Shown here piece after piece: positions 61,395 to 64,000 of a stretch of DNA of 64,000 bases. The DNA comes from Octopus sinensis (lineage: Eukaryota). A model generated the notes under the pieces. It was given only the letters and a program-made list of their open reading frames with translations. It did not search any database and had not been told where the DNA came from. The DNA lies in contig NC_043006.1 of assembly GCF_006345805.1 (NCBI RefSeq), forward strand, positions 23,498,001 through 23,562,000. The letters run 5' to 3'. A program made the position numbers and the translations under genes. Numbering within the stretch: position 1 is the first letter of the stretch; every line of letters starts with the position of its first letter.

Positions 61395-64000
61395 CACCAT
61401 GCCGGACTACAAATCCTATCTCCTCACTCTTCACCATCGCCTAAAATAGTACCTCTGCTTACTTACTTCCCACTGCTTTCAGCCGTCCATTAACCTCTCT
61501 TTCCTCATTTTCAAAAAACTCGCTTCTTCAGCCACGTTTCATTTCTCAGTCGCTGCTTACATCACCGCCCCATCCCGAAAGGTTTCCGCCTCCATTTCCA
61601 CCCCACTCTGCTTCATCCATCCTACCCATACCCCGTACCACATCTTACCGCCTTATGCGTACCACCATTCGCTCCAACCTCTCTAAAATACATACCATCG
61701 ACCGCCTTCTCCCTCCTGCTTTTTCCATCTTTTTCTCCTCTCTGCCGCCCTTCCATGCTCACAACACGTTCCGTTATATAATTCATTTAAATCATCTCTT
61801 TCATCAATTTCCTGCCAACACCAAACTTCGTAAACTCCACTCACTCCTTCATTCCATCAAACTCGATGCCACTACCCCAACTCCTCCAGTACCCTTCTTC
61901 CTCCCTGATATGCTCCACCCATTCACACCCAACCCCCCTGTCCCTCCAAATCCCCTCATACATCCCTCCCAGGCTTCCATCAGTCCTACCACCCCTCCTC
62001 CTTCTATTTCATCCACCCCTCCCACTTTTATTCCATCCACCCCCTCTCCACTTCAGTCTGTTGTTACCATTGCCCCAGATCTTCCCCTCTCTGTGACGTA
62101 GCGCTCCATCCTCAGTAGGGGTCAGTGTTTCATCCCCTTCACTCCATCCTGTAAGGAATTTCAGACTCGTACTGATATCCACAGCTTTGTGTGCCGCATT
62201 AGATTGTGTGCGCTTTTCCGCGACACTCCACCCGCATCAAACGAGGAGGGCTGCTTCACTGACCTGGGCCGCCGTCCACCCCAGTGGACGCCTGCTCCTG
62301 GCCAGTTCCAAGCAGTGGATCTTTTTGCGGGCGCCTGCCAGCGCGCTGTGGACCGGTTCAACTTCTTCAGGCGTCCCTGTCGTCTCAACATCTCCCCAGC
62401 CGAACTCTCGGCTCTTCGTTCCCTCCAACGGCGCACTGACATCGTTATTAAACCGGTCGACAAGGGTGGAGCAGTAGTGGTATGGCGTGCAGACCTCTAC
62501 AAGGCCGAAGCTCTCCGCCAACTCCATGACACCTCCTTCTACTGCCCTCTGACCTCACGCCCAGTTACCAACAGACGGTCTCTTCTACCATCCATGACCT
62601 CACCTCGTCCTCCCGTCTCCTCCACACCGCATCCAACCTCATTGTCCGAACCCCCACCATTTACTTCCTCCCCAAAATCCACAAACCCAACAACCCTGGC
62701 CGCCCCATCGTCTCCGCCTGTAACTGCCCCACCAAGCTTATCTCCAAATATCCCGACCGTGTCCTCGCCCTCCCCTAGTGGCTTCTCTTCCTTCTTACAT
62801 CCATGACACCAACCATGCTCTTCGTTTATTCAACTCTTTCTCCTTCCCTCCTACCTCCTCCAAACTTCTCTTTACACTGGACATCCAGAGCCTCTACACT
62901 GAGATCCGTCACCACGAGGGGATGCGTGCACTGAAACACTTCCTGGACCTCCGACAAAACCCCAACCCGATACCTCCACACTCGTTCGTCTGGCCGAACT
63001 TGTCCTCTCACTCAACTGCTTCTCGTTCTACCGGCTGGTCTCGGGAGTGGCCATGGGAACGAGAATGGGCCCCAACTATGTGAACCTGTTCGTTGGCTAT
63101 GTTGAGGCCCAAATATTCTCCAGTTTCACTGGTCCCACTCACGAACTATATGGCCGTTATATTGACGACTGTATCGGTGCCACCTCACTCTCCCGCGAAC
63201 ATCTAGACTCCTTCCTCTCTTTCGTCAAATTTTTCCATCCTGCCCTCCACTTCTGCACTATTTCTGACACCTGTCTCCTTTCTTGACATTGTGGTTAGCA
63301 TTCATCACTCCACTCTTACCATCTCCATCCACTACAAACACAGACTCACACTTCAACTTCTCCTCCTCCCACCCTAAACACACCAAGCTTTCCATCCCCT
63401 ATTCCTCCGTCTACACAGGCTCTGTAGTGACGACCATGATTTTGAGACTCTGCTCTCTCCCCCTGAACCCACCCTGCAGTCCCCCACCTCCCTTTTCCTC
63501 TCACTTACCACCCCACCACCCTACATCTTCAACACATCATTTTCCGAGCTTTCCGGCATCTCCAGTCCGACCCGTCCACTTCACACATCTTCCCTAACCG
63601 ACCCCTCCCCTCCTTCAAACGAGCCCACAACCTACGAGACCTCTTGGTCCACAGCTTCTTTTCCAACCTGGCTCGTTCCCCTGCTCCAGCCCATGCTTCC
63701 GCACTTGCCCTTACCTCTCCAACACCACCCTCCTCACCGACACCCATCATCGACCCTATCGCATCACCGACTCCTTCACCTGTACCTCCAGCAATATCAT
63801 CTATCGCATTTCCTGCTCTCTCTGTACATCGGACAAACAGGATGCCGCTTAGCTGACCGGATTGCGGAACACTTCCGAGACATCCGCCTCGGCAATGACA
63901 TCCCGGTCTCACGCCATTTCCACTCCACAGGTCACTCCTTGCAACACCTATCTGTGTTCAGATCGTCCTTGCACAGAGGCCATCTGGACTTCCGTTTGCA
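61395..64000 (+). mobile_element. Penelope-like retroelement (Neptune-like), frameshifted RT + GIY-YIG endonuclease, truncated by window end
   Basis: Across shifting frames: N-terminal HVSFLSRCLHHRPIPKGFRL; IVIKPVDKGGAVVVW; LPKIHKPNNPGRPIVSA; RT motifs LDIQSLYT, GVAMGTRMGP and RYIDD (YIDD 63158-63169); then FTCTSSNIIYRISC and YIGQTGCRLADRIAEHFRDIR of the GIY-YIG domain. Confidence 0.92.

Overview
This is eukaryotic, very repeat-rich DNA, most likely from an octopus (coleoid cephalopod). That assignment is inferred from the SINE families and microsatellite load and was not database-verified. One well-supported host coding region is present: a ~1.9 kb 3'-terminal exon on + (52590-54482). It encodes a coiled-coil protein with an acidic tract and C-terminal SxIP (EB-binding-type) motifs; the family is not recognised. 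Most of the rest is intron/intergenic sequence built from (TA)n/(CA)n/(GATA)n microsatellites, several tRNA-derived SINE families, Helentron-type non-autonomous elements (HINE-like), hAT MITEs, and decayed autonomous elements. The decayed elements are RTE, R4/Dong and CR1-type LINE fragments, a hAT-like transposase, and a Penelope-like element (RT plus GIY-YIG) running off the right end. The most interesting signal is a set of minimal hammerhead-ribozyme-like folds in several different dispersed repeats. One family (6 copies) has a complete type-I fold with a consistently non-canonical core, CUGUNGA. Another shows the core motifs in permuted order (GAAA...CUGANGA). The window also has several long foldback hairpins, a 24-bp minisatellite, a ~160-bp tandem array joined by (TG)n, and two near-identical local duplications that may be assembly artefacts. 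Nearly all short ORFs in the supplied track are microsatellite or SINE artefacts.
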